The notes beneath the pieces were generated by a model. That model saw only the letters and a list, made by a program, of their open reading frames with translations. It searched no databases and was not told the origin of the DNA. From Vicinamibacterales bacterium (GTDB lineage Bacteria > Acidobacteriota > Vicinamibacteria > Vicinamibacterales > UBA2999): 64,000 bases of DNA. Below, piece after piece: positions 40,345 through 48,010 of this stretch (its first letter is position 1; the number at the start of each line of letters is the position of its first letter). Both the position numbers and the translations under genes were made by a program. The stretch spans positions 4,075 through 68,074 of the forward strand of contig JAXLRB010000020.1 of the NCBI GenBank assembly GCA_046331325.1. Direction: 5' to 3'.

Positions 40345-41372
40345 GCACCGACGTCCGTCAGGCGGGCGACGCCCCGCTGCTCGAGGTGCACCAGCTCACG
40401 ACGGCGTTCGTGGGCGCATCGGGCCGACGGGTGGTCGCCGTCGACGGCGTGAGCTTCTCGGTGCAGGCCGGCGAGACCCTGGCCATCGTCGGCGAGAGCG
40501 GCTCCGGCAAGTCGGTGACGGCGCTGTCGATCATGCGTCTGCTGCCGGCGGGCAGCGGCCGCATCGAGCACGGCGCCGTGCGGCTGCGCGGCCGCGACCT
40601 CACGACCATCTCCGACGACGAGATGCGCGAAGTGCGCGGCAAGGACATCGGCATGATCTTCCAGGAGCCGATGACGAGCCTCAATCCGGTGCACACGGTG
40701 GGCGCGCAGATCGCCGAAGTGGTGCGGCGGCACGAAGGCGCGGCGCCGGGCGCGGCCGCCGCGCGCGCCGTCGACATGCTCGAACTGGTGGGGATTCCCG
40801 AGCCGCGGCGTCGCGCGACGCAGTTCCCGCACCAGCTGTCCGGTGGCATGCGCCAGCGCGTGATGATCGCGATGGCCCTGGCGTGCCGGCCCAGCCTGTT
40901 GATCGCCGACGAGCCGACGACGGCGCTCGACGTGACCATCCAGGCGCAGATTCTCGAGCTGATGCAGGATCTGCAGGCCCGGCTCGGCATGGCGGTGGTG
41001 TTCATCACGCATGACCTCGGCCTGGTGGCGCAGTGCGCGCGGCGGGTGGTGGTGATGTACGCGGGGCAGGTGGTGGAAACGGGACCGGTGGACGACATCT
41101 TCGCGCGTCCGCGGATGCCGTACACGGCCGGCCTGCTCGCGTCGATCCCGCGCCTTGGCCGGGCGCGGCGTGGTCAGCCGCTGCCCTCCATCCCCGGACA
41201 GGCGCCGTCGCTCACCGAGCTGCCCACGGGCTGCCGGTTCTCGAATCGCTGCGGCTTCGTCGCCGACGCGTGCCGGACGGATACCGGTGTGCCCCTCGAA
41301 ACGGCGGGCGGCGGCGAGGTGCGCTGCCGCCGCTGGCGCGAGCTGACGCTCGCCACGGGTGGTGGGGCATGA
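40341..41372 (+). CDS. ABC transporter ATP-binding protein (DppD/OppD-type)
   Basis: GTGA overlap start. Walker A GESGSGKS, signature LSGGMRQR, Walker [13 protein letters not shown], and the oligopeptide-type C-terminal Cys-rich tail (GCRFSNRC). Confidence 0.9.
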   Translation: MSTDVRQAGDAPLLEVHQLTTAFVGASGRRVVAVDGVSFSVQAGETLAIVGESGSGKSVTALSIMRLLPAGSGRIEHGAVRLRGRDLTTISDDEMREVRGKDIGMIFQEPMTSLNPVHTVGAQIAEVVRRHEGAAPGAAAARAVDMLELVGIPEPRRRATQFPHQLSGGMRQRVMIAMALACRPSLLIADEPTTALDVTIQAQILELMQDLQARLGMAVVFITHDLGLVAQCARRVVVMYAGQVVETGPVDDIFARPRMPYTAGLLASIPRLGRARRGQPLPSIPGQAPSLTELPTGCRFSNRCGFVADACRTDTGVPLETAGGGEVRCRRWRELTLATGGGA

Positions 41373-42337
41373 CTCCGCCGCTCCTGCAGGTGGAGGGTCT
41401 CGTGAAGCACTTCCCCATCCACGGCGGCCTCCTCGGCCGCGTGGTGGGCCAGGTGCGCGCCGTCGATGGCGTGAGCTTCGCCATTCCAAAGGGCGCGGTG
41501 CTGGGGCTCGTGGGCGAGAGCGGATCGGGCAAGACCACGGTGGGCCGCCTCGTGCTGCGCCTCCTCGAGGCCACGGCGGGCACGGTGACCTTCGACGGCA
41601 CCGACGTGCGCGCCCTCGATCGCACGGCACTGCGCCGCTTCCGCCGGCGTATGCAGATCGTGTTTCAGGATCCCTACGCGAGTCTCAATCCCCGGGAATC
41701 CGTGCGGGCCATGCTGCAGCATGCGCTGGCGCTGCACGACATCGGCACGCCGGCCGATCGGGCGGCGCGCAGTGTAGCGCTGCTCGAGCAGGTGGGGCTG
41801 GCCGCCGGTCATCTCGACCGGTATCCACACGAGTTCTCGGGTGGCCAGCGCCAGCGGCTGGTGATCGCCCGGGCGCTGGCGGTGCAGCCCGAGTTCCTGG
41901 TGGCCGACGAGCCCGTCTCGGCGCTCGACGTCTCGATCCAGGCGCAGGTGGTCAACCTGCTCGCCGACCTGAAGGACCGGTTCGGCCTGACGATGCTGTT
42001 CATCGCCCACGATCTGGCCGTGGTGGAGCACGTGTGCGATCACGTGGCCGTCATGTACCTGGGACGGATCATGGAAGCGGCGCCGGCCGACGCGCTCTAT
42101 GCGCGGCCGCGGCATCCCTACACGCAGGCGTTGCTCTCGGCCGTGCCCGTGCCTGAGCCGGGGCGCCGGCGATCGCGCGTGGCGCTGACCGGCGACATCC
42201 CGAGCCCCGTCAATCCGCCCTCGGGCTGCGTGTTCCGCACGCGGTGTCCGCGGGCGGTGGCCGTGTGCGCCAGCGAGGTGCCCGTCCCGCGGCAGGTGGC
42301 GCCCGGCCACGTGGCCGCGTGTCACTTCGCCGAATGA
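41369..42337 (+). CDS. ABC transporter ATP-binding protein (DppF/OppF-type)
   Basis: ATGA overlap start. Walker A GESGSGKT, signature FSGGQRQR, Walker B LVADEPVSALD, and C-terminal GCVFRTRCP. Confidence 0.9.
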   Translation: MTPPLLQVEGLVKHFPIHGGLLGRVVGQVRAVDGVSFAIPKGAVLGLVGESGSGKTTVGRLVLRLLEATAGTVTFDGTDVRALDRTALRRFRRRMQIVFQDPYASLNPRESVRAMLQHALALHDIGTPADRAARSVALLEQVGLAAGHLDRYPHEFSGGQRQRLVIARALAVQPEFLVADEPVSALDVSIQAQVVNLLADLKDRFGLTMLFIAHDLAVVEHVCDHVAVMYLGRIMEAAPADALYARPRHPYTQALLSAVPVPEPGRRRSRVALTGDIPSPVNPPSGCVFRTRCPRAVAVCASEVPVPRQVAPGHVAACHFAE

Positions 42338-42362
42338 GCGCCGGACGGCCCGCCGGCTCGAC

Positions 42363-43409
42363 TCAGACCAGCGAGAACGCCAGCTCGCCCAGCTTCTCGA
42401 TGCTGCAGACCACCTTGTCGCCGGGCTTCAGCCACACCTGCTGATCCTTCGGCTTGCCGAACACCACGCCGTGCGGCGTGCCGGTGTAGAAGATGTCGCC
42501 CGGCTTGATGGTCATCATGCGCGAGGCGAAGCTGATCATCTGCCGGCAGTTGAAGATCATGTCGTCGGTGTTCCAGTCCTGCCGCTGCTCGTCGTTCACG
42601 CGGCACTCGAGGCGCAGCTTGTTCGGGTCACCCACCAGATCGCTGGTGACCAGGTGCGGTCCGAGCGGCGCGAAGCCGTCGAACGTCTTGCCGATCATGA
42701 ACTGCGACGTCAGGTACTGCAGGTCGCGCGCCGAGAAGTCGTTGCCGGTGGCGTAGCCGGCCACGTAGTTCAACGCGTCGTCTTCCGACACGTTGCGGCA
42801 CTCGCGTCCGAACACGATCACCAGTTCCACCTCGTAGTCGAACTGGTTCGCCACCTTCGTCGGCAGCATGATGGTGCCGCCGTGGTGGTTCAACGCGTTG
42901 TTGAACTTGTTGAAGAGGATCGGATTCTTCGGGATGGGCGTGTTCGTCTCGGCCGCGTGGCGGCGGTAGTTGAAGCCCATCATGATGATCTTCTCGGGCC
43001 GCGTCACCAGCGGCGCGTGCTGCACCGCGCTTTCCTGCAGGAAGAGACGCGCGGGGCCGTCGGCCGCGGCCGCCACCACCTTCGCGAGCTGGCCGCCCTT
43101 GCCGTGCTGCAGCAGGTCGTCGGTGTCGATCGGCGCCGGCAGCTTGTACATCGTCGCGGCGGCCGCCACGTCGAGGATGCCCTTCGCCACCTTCACGCCC
43201 AGCCGCGGCCCCGCCGCGGTGCGCATGTTCAGCAGCGTCATGTTGCGCGGCATCTCGAAGCTGGTCGCCGCCCCGCCCGTCCGTCCCGCGGCCTGCGCGT
43301 CGTCGCGTACCGCCGCCTCCGCGCGCGACGCGCCGGCAAGCGAAGCAGCGGTGGCCGAGGCCACGCCGGCCACGGTGGACTTCAGGAACGAGCGTCGATC
43401 GGACGACAT
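42363..43409 (-). CDS. fumarylacetoacetate hydrolase (FAH)-family protein with twin-arginine signal peptide
   Basis: ATG 43409 within ORF 42363..43601, preceded by GGAG. Tat motif MSSDRRSFLKSTVAGVASATAASLAGASRAEAA. FAH-fold C-terminal domain (KIIMMGFNYRRH, FDYEVELVIVFG, GYATGNDFSARD, DMIFNCRQMISFASRMMTIKPGDIFYTGTP). Confidence 0.85.
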   Translation of the reverse strand: MSSDRRSFLKSTVAGVASATAASLAGASRAEAAVRDDAQAAGRTGGAATSFEMPRNMTLLNMRTAAGPRLGVKVAKGILDVAAAATMYKLPAPIDTDDLLQHGKGGQLAKVVAAAADGPARLFLQESAVQHAPLVTRPEKIIMMGFNYRRHAAETNTPIPKNPILFNKFNNALNHHGGTIMLPTKVANQFDYEVELVIVFGRECRNVSEDDALNYVAGYATGNDFSARDLQYLTSQFMIGKTFDGFAPLGPHLVTSDLVGDPNKLRLECRVNDEQRQDWNTDDMIFNCRQMISFASRMMTIKPGDIFYTGTPHGVVFGKPKDQQVWLKPGDKVVCSIEKLGELAFSLV

Positions 43410-43491
43410 GCGGACTCCAGACGCGTGCGCGGGCGGCTGGGTGCCGCCGAGGCGAGATGCGATTCTACCCGCCCGACGACGCCGGGTGCGC

Positions 43492-45651
43492 TCACCACCA
43501 GCCGAGCACGGAATGGCCGAGGCTCCATCGCGGCCCACGCACCGCCTGCGCGCGTCCGCGCACCCAGTAGTCGTCGGCGCTGGCGAACTGACCAGCGCCA
43601 CGCGCCACTTCGATCCACGCGTTCACCGCGTCGCGCAGGGTGTCGGCGCCACGCGGCAATCCGTAGGCGGCCACGGTGCGGTAGGTCGAGTCGTCGGGCA
43701 CCACCGCGGCCAGGGCTGGCTGCATGCGGCTGGCGAAGGCCGCCTGCGCGAGCGGCAGCACCATCGCGTCCACGCCGTCGAGGCGTCCGGACGTCAGTAC
43801 CGCTGTGAGCGATGCCTCGACGACGGTGGCGCGCGGTAACAGCCGGCGCACCGGCGGGGCCAGCCGTTCAGAGGGCGTGCCGAGCGTGAGTGGCGCGGCC
43901 TGCAGGCCCGCCAGGCCGGTGAACTGCGTCCGACGATAGTCGGGCACCAGGAAGGCCAGCGGTTCTTCGTGATACGGCGTCGAGAACGCGATCGTCGTCG
44001 ACGACGCCACGGTGACGACGAGGCCCGCCATGACGATGTCGCACACGCCGCGATCGAGCATCTCCGGCAGGCGGTCGCGATCGACGACGACGAACTCCGC
44101 CCGCACGCCCAGGGCCCGGGCCAGCGCGTGTCCCATCTCCACGTCGAACCCCACGAGCGCGCCGGCCGCGTTCGTGAAGGAGAAGGGCACGCCGTCCGCG
44201 AAGACGCCGATGCGCAGCGCCCCCCGCGCCTGCAGGCGGGTGAGGCGGTCGGCCGGCGACAGCGTCTCGGCCGCCGGGTCGTGTGGCACGACCACCGCGG
44301 CCGGCTGTCCGTTGCGCAGCGTGAAGCCGTCGAGGGCGGCGAGGCCGGTCGGCGCCGGAGGGATGATCACCGCGAGCACCCCCCGCGTGCCGGCGACGAG
44401 CAGCGCCACCACGCACAGCGCCGTGACGCCCGCGCGCAACAAGACGCGCGGCCGCAGGCGGAACACACCTCCGGCCATCGCCGCCAGCACCAGCGACAGC
44501 GCCGCCGTGTGCGCCACCGCGACGAGCGCATTGAAGCGGGCGTTCACCACGCCCGACACGTTGAACAACGGGAAGAGGTCTGCCGGAAGGTGCAGCTGGT
44601 CGAGCAGGAAGATCACGCCGGCGTTGATGCTGCCGAACACGCTCGGCACGCCGGCCGCCGCCAGCGTCATCCACTGCCGCGGCGCGAGCTCGCTGCCCAC
44701 GTACCAGGCCGCGAACGGGAAGAAGGCCAGGCTCAGCACCTTGCCGGCATCGGGAAAGTTGTAGAGCAGCGGCACCGCCACCGCCGCCGTGCCGTCGACG
44801 ACCGGCGGCGCCACGCCGCGTTCCCGCAGCACCGTGCGGTTCGCGGCCGTGATCATCGGCAGCACGACGAAGTAGTCGCCGGCGGCGAACGCGGTGAGGA
44901 GCGCCGTGCGCAACTGACGGACGAACGCCGCGCGCTCCACCGGCGTGACGATGGCCACGAGCGAGGGCAGCAGCCACAATGCCACGACGAGCGACGAGCC
45001 GATGTAGACGACGAACCACGCCTGCATGCGCACGAGCTCGTCGGCGCGCAGCGTGCCGGCAGCTACGCCTGCCATGGCGAAGAGACCCAGCGGCGTGAAG
45101 CGCACGATGGCGCTGCTCACCCGGCTCATCGCGTCGTTGAAGGCCACGAGCACGGCGAGCAGGGGCGCCTTCGAGGCATCGGCCATACCGCTGATGGCGA
45201 CGCCGACGAGCAGACTGAACACCACCACTGCCGGCATGAAGTTGTTGGCCAGCGCCTTGAACACGTTCGCCGGGATGTAGACATCGAGCCAGTCGCCCGA
45301 GACTGGCGGGGCGGCGTCGGCGGCGACGAGCACGCCGCCAGTGGATGCCGGGTAGGCGAAGGCGGAGGCGCCCACCCACGCCAGCATCAGCCCCCACACC
45401 ACCGCCAGCAACACGCCGCCGCGCCGCGCCAGCACCGCGGCCTCACCGGCGCTGCTCGCGCCGATGCCGACGATGATCGACCCCACCACGTACGGCAGCA
45501 CGGTGACCTGCAGCAGCTTGACGAAGACGGTGCCGACCAGGTCCAGCGGCGCGATCGCCTCGCCGAAGAACAGGCCGGCGGCCACCCCGGCCGACAGGCC
45601 GACGAGCACACGCCTGAAGAAGGGATCGCTACCGCGAGGGGGCGCTGTCAC
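43492..45651 (-). CDS. dicarboxylate/amino acid:cation symporter (DAACS/GltP-like) fused to a C-terminal family-3 solute-binding domain
   Basis: GTG 45651. The N-terminal roughly 400 aa are polytopic with DAACS-like segments (KLLQVTVLPYVVGSIIVGI, FTPLGLFAMAGVAAG). An extra TM follows (AGVTALCVVALLVAGTRGVLAVI), then roughly 270 aa that are PBPb-like (GALRIGVFADGVPFSFTNAAGALVGFDVEMGHALARALGV, CDIVMAGL). Confidence 0.75.
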   Translation of the reverse strand: MTAPPRGSDPFFRRVLVGLSAGVAAGLFFGEAIAPLDLVGTVFVKLLQVTVLPYVVGSIIVGIGASSAGEAAVLARRGGVLLAVVWGLMLAWVGASAFAYPASTGGVLVAADAAPPVSGDWLDVYIPANVFKALANNFMPAVVVFSLLVGVAISGMADASKAPLLAVLVAFNDAMSRVSSAIVRFTPLGLFAMAGVAAGTLRADELVRMQAWFVVYIGSSLVVALWLLPSLVAIVTPVERAAFVRQLRTALLTAFAAGDYFVVLPMITAANRTVLRERGVAPPVVDGTAAVAVPLLYNFPDAGKVLSLAFFPFAAWYVGSELAPRQWMTLAAAGVPSVFGSINAGVIFLLDQLHLPADLFPLFNVSGVVNARFNALVAVAHTAALSLVLAAMAGGVFRLRPRVLLRAGVTALCVVALLVAGTRGVLAVIIPPAPTGLAALDGFTLRNGQPAAVVVPHDPAAETLSPADRLTRLQARGALRIGVFADGVPFSFTNAAGALVGFDVEMGHALARALGVRAEFVVVDRDRLPEMLDRGVCDIVMAGLVVTVASSTTIAFSTPYHEEPLAFLVPDYRRTQFTGLAGLQAAPLTLGTPSERLAPPVRRLLPRATVVEASLTAVLTSGRLDGVDAMVLPLAQAAFASRMQPALAAVVPDDSTYRTVAAYGLPRGADTLRDAVNAWIEVARGAGQFASADDYWVRGRAQAVRGPRWSLGHSVLGWW

Positions 45652-45696
45652 GCCCGGGATGATACGGCGGCCGGGACAGGGTTGAGAGCACCGCGA

Positions 45697-45950
45697 CCGA
45701 TCGCGGCGGACCTGAAGACCTGACGCGCCGCCAGTTCAGCGACGCTGAAACCCACAACCGGGGTGGATTCGTGCCTGCTCGCGAGCCGTGTGCAGGCGGT
45801 CGCGGCGCGCCTGAAGACCTGATGAGCCGCCAGTTCAGCGAAGGAGTAACGTGGCAGACCGGGTGGGATTCGTGCCCGCTCGCGAGCGCCGCAGGCGGTC
45901 GCGGCGCGCCTGAAGACCTGGCGAGCCGCCAGTTCAGCGACGCTGAACTG
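45697..45950. repeat. 99-bp tandem repeat, about 2.6 copies, abutting the tRNA-like gene
   Basis: Copies at 45697-45795, 45796-45894 and 45895-45950 (partial), about 80% identical. Each carries CCTGAAGACCTG, GCCGCCAGTTCAGCG and, in the two full copies, GG(G)TGGGATTCGTGCC(C/T)GCTCGCGAGC. Confidence 0.8.
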
Positions 45951-45954
45951 GCGG
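45926..45954 (-). terminator. 12-bp perfect hairpin formed by the tRNA-like 3' end and its trailer
   Basis: CCGCCAGTTCAG-CGACG-CTGAACTGGCGG. One arm (45949-45954) is the terminal CCGCCA of the tRNA-like gene. No U-tract, so it may be a processing or terminator structure. Confidence 0.3.
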
Positions 45955-46045
45955 TGAGGCAGGGATTCGAACCCCGGGGTAGGGGTTTAAGCCCACAACG
46001 GCTTGGGGCAAACTGCCGTTCGTAGCCTCCGCTGGCCACCTCACC
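45949..46045 (-). tRNA. type-II (Ser-like) tRNA-like gene with a noncanonical anticodon region; anticodon not assignable
   Basis: 97 nt: GGTGAGGTGGCCAGCGGAGGCTACGAACGGCAGTTTGCCCCAAGCCGTTGTGGGCTTAAACCCCTACCCCGGGGTTCGAATCCCTGCCTCACCGCCA. Perfect 7-bp acceptor stem, G73, encoded CCA, T-arm CGGGG/TTCGAAT/CCCTG, and a Ser-like 5' start GGTGAGGTGGCC. Where the anticodon arm should be there is a 6-bp stem (AACGGC/GCCGTT) closing a 12-nt loop. Confidence 0.5.
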
Positions 46046-46202
46046 GCATCGAAATTCCCGGCGATCTTGATAGCACCTCGAGGAACGGCTGGGCCGGTTC
46101 AGCGCCGGCCGGGCTCAAGCCTCTGGCCTGACCGGTTCGAACAGCCCCAGACAGTATACAGCCCTGCAACGCCGATGCCGCTGCACTGCCAGGGCGGCGC
46201 CC

Positions 46203-46717
46203 TTAGCTCACGGCAGAAACCTGCTGACGATAGCCGCCGCTCGCCGAAGCGTACCAGCGCGTAGCTGTACCTGACGCGGTCAGCGTGTAGTTGATGACTG
46301 TCCGGTAGCGGATGCCCAACGGCCTGGACACGTCGGAGTCGACCAGCACGGTCTCGGCACTAACGGGGCGAGTAGGGTCGCACGAGGGTCTCAAGCTGCA
46401 CGCCCAGGTCCTGATGCACGTAGGTGTGATACACCTGGCCGTCGGGGCTGTAGATGGTCGTCTCGGCACGCTGAATGGTCAGGCGGTTGCCGGAGAGGTC
46501 ACCGATCCCACGGTGGGAGACAATGCGCTCAGCGCGTAGGTGTAGCCAGACCTGCGCGTTCTGGAAGATGCTCGCCGACGCGGAATCCTGTCCGCGCATC
46601 GACGATGGTGAGCCGGCTCGTGGCCTGAGCGCTCGGGCCAGGGCAGGCCGGCCCAGCCCCTCCGCCGCACGAGAGCGCGAGCAGACACAGCAAGGATGCG
46701 ACGATTCGGCGAGTCAC
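46203..46717 (-). pseudogene. small lipoprotein, hypothetical, split over three frames as sequenced
   Basis: GTG 46717: MTRRIVASLLCLLALSCGGG (lipobox) ...SRLTIVDA. Then the +1 frame gives RGQDSASASIFQNAQVWLHLRAERIVSHRGIGDLSGNRLTIQRAETTIYSPDGQVYHTYVHQDLGVQLETLV (ORF 46360..46599). A further +1 frame gives ETVLVDSDVSRPLGIRYRTVINYTLTASGTATRWYASASGGYRQQVSAVS-stop (46203). The second junction coincides with the GGGG run at 46365-46368. Local GC is visibly lower than the flanks. Confidence 0.5.
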
Positions 46718-46791
46718 GATCTGGCGGTGCTGGCGTAGGAGCGCGGTTGCCAGTCGGGCATATCGTCGGCGCGCTCCTGCCGCGACGCGCG

Positions 46792-47913
46792 CTACGCCGG
46801 CAACGACGCCAGTGTCCGCTGCGCCTGCGGCACGCGCTCCGCGATCGACGGCATGGCTTCGCGCGCGTCATAGCCGCCGGCGCGAAGCGCTCGAGGGCAT
46901 AGCTCGATCGTGTGGCCGAAGCCGGTCGCGGTGTTGGCGAGGGTGCCGATGGCGTCGTCGCGCTCGGCCGCGCGTTCTTCCACGCCAAGCCCTCGACGAA
47001 GGCCTGGTTGCGCCACCGGAATGCTCGGCAGCGCCGGCCAGTCAATCGCCTCGCCCAGGTAGGCCAGCGATTCCCACAGCGGCGCGCGCAGCAGGTCGTC
47101 GGTCAGCGCGCGAGCCTGCTCGTGCATCCACGGCACCGGATCGGGCCGCAGGAGCGACGCGTCTGAATCGAGGATGCCGGCCAGCGGGAAGAAGCGCAGG
47201 TCGCAACTGATGCGCGTGGGCTGCGGGCCGGGTTCGACGGCGGCCGGATGCGCGGCGCCGCTGCCGTGCAGCACGAGGAAGTTGAAGATCACCACCTCGC
47301 CGAGCTTCGGCTGGTATTCCACCACCGGACCCACGCGCTCGATGCCGTCGCACTGGTCGTGCCGCGGCAGCCAACGGTTCGCGAGCATGCCGAGGCGATG
47401 CGTGCCCGGATAGAAGTACAGCGCCTTGCCGTCAAACGTGTTCAGCGGCACCCAGCACACGACGGCGCTGGGCGAGGTGAGCACGCGCGCGGCGGTGAAC
47501 TCGTTGTGGATGCCGTAGAGCGACTGCACCTCGCGGCCGTCGCCGTGGTAGCCGTGCAGGATCACGTCCTGCTGCGAGCGCACCTTGAGCTGGTAGTGGA
47601 ACGTCTGGCTGGTGTGGACGATGGGCCCGATCAGCCGCTGCAGCAGGCCGCCGAACACGGCGTGGCTGGCGTCGCGCAGCTCCGGCGTCATGTAGCCGCG
47701 CGCCAGCTTCGCGCGCACGTCGGCGCCGATCTCCACACCGCCGTCGTGTCCCGCGGCGCGGATCTGATCCACAGGCAGACCGCTCTGCTCCGACAGCATG
47801 CGGGTGAGGATGTCGAGCGGACCGTGGTCCACATCGGTCAGCACGACGACGCCGTCACGCTGGAAGCCGGCGACGATCGCATCGAGGTTGTCGGAGCTGA
47901 GCGGGTAGTACAT
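46792..47913 (-). CDS. Fe(II)/2-oxoglutarate dioxygenase-like protein (PhyH-like)
   Basis: ATG 47913 within ORF 46792..47973. Candidate HxD...H facial triad (GYHGDG ... FLVLHGSG) and an Arg in ISCDLRFFP. The assignment is tentative. Confidence 0.5.
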   Translation of the reverse strand: MYYPLSSDNLDAIVAGFQRDGVVVLTDVDHGPLDILTRMLSEQSGLPVDQIRAAGHDGGVEIGADVRAKLARGYMTPELRDASHAVFGGLLQRLIGPIVHTSQTFHYQLKVRSQQDVILHGYHGDGREVQSLYGIHNEFTAARVLTSPSAVVCWVPLNTFDGKALYFYPGTHRLGMLANRWLPRHDQCDGIERVGPVVEYQPKLGEVVIFNFLVLHGSGAAHPAAVEPGPQPTRISCDLRFFPLAGILDSDASLLRPDPVPWMHEQARALTDDLLRAPLWESLAYLGEAIDWPALPSIPVAQPGLRRGLGVEERAAERDDAIGTLANTATGFGHTIELCPRALRAGGYDAREAMPSIAERVPQAQRTLASLPA

Positions 47914-48010
47914 GGCGCGTGCCTCTGCAGGCATTCTTCCACGCGCGACGCAGCTCGTCCATTGAAGCGCCATCGACGAGCGCGGCGCTGCGCAGCGCCA
48001 CGCCAGAACG

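Noticed and set aside
45697-45950. Possible CRISPR array
   Set aside because: The units are contiguous 99-bp imperfect tandem copies without unique spacers. There are only about 2.6 copies, and there is no leader or cas gene in the window.
45629-46039. ORFs 45629..46039(-) and 45771..46025(+) with repeated SLNWRL.RSSGAPRPPA-type peptides
   Set aside because: The repetition simply mirrors the 99-bp DNA tandem repeat. The ORFs run through the tRNA-like gene, have no start context, and have a low-complexity composition.
45949-46045. Selenocysteine tRNA (long, G73, long extra arm)
   Set aside because: There is no UCA anticodon anywhere in a loop. The D region cannot form the 6-bp/4-nt Sec D-arm (only 3 of 6 pairs). 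No selA, selB or selD genes are nearby.
46046-47913. Integrative mobile element next to the tRNA-like gene
   Set aside because: No integrase, recombinase, excisionase or transposase-like ORF is visible in any frame. Only att-like repeats and a small lower-GC patch remain, so no mobile_element feature is called.
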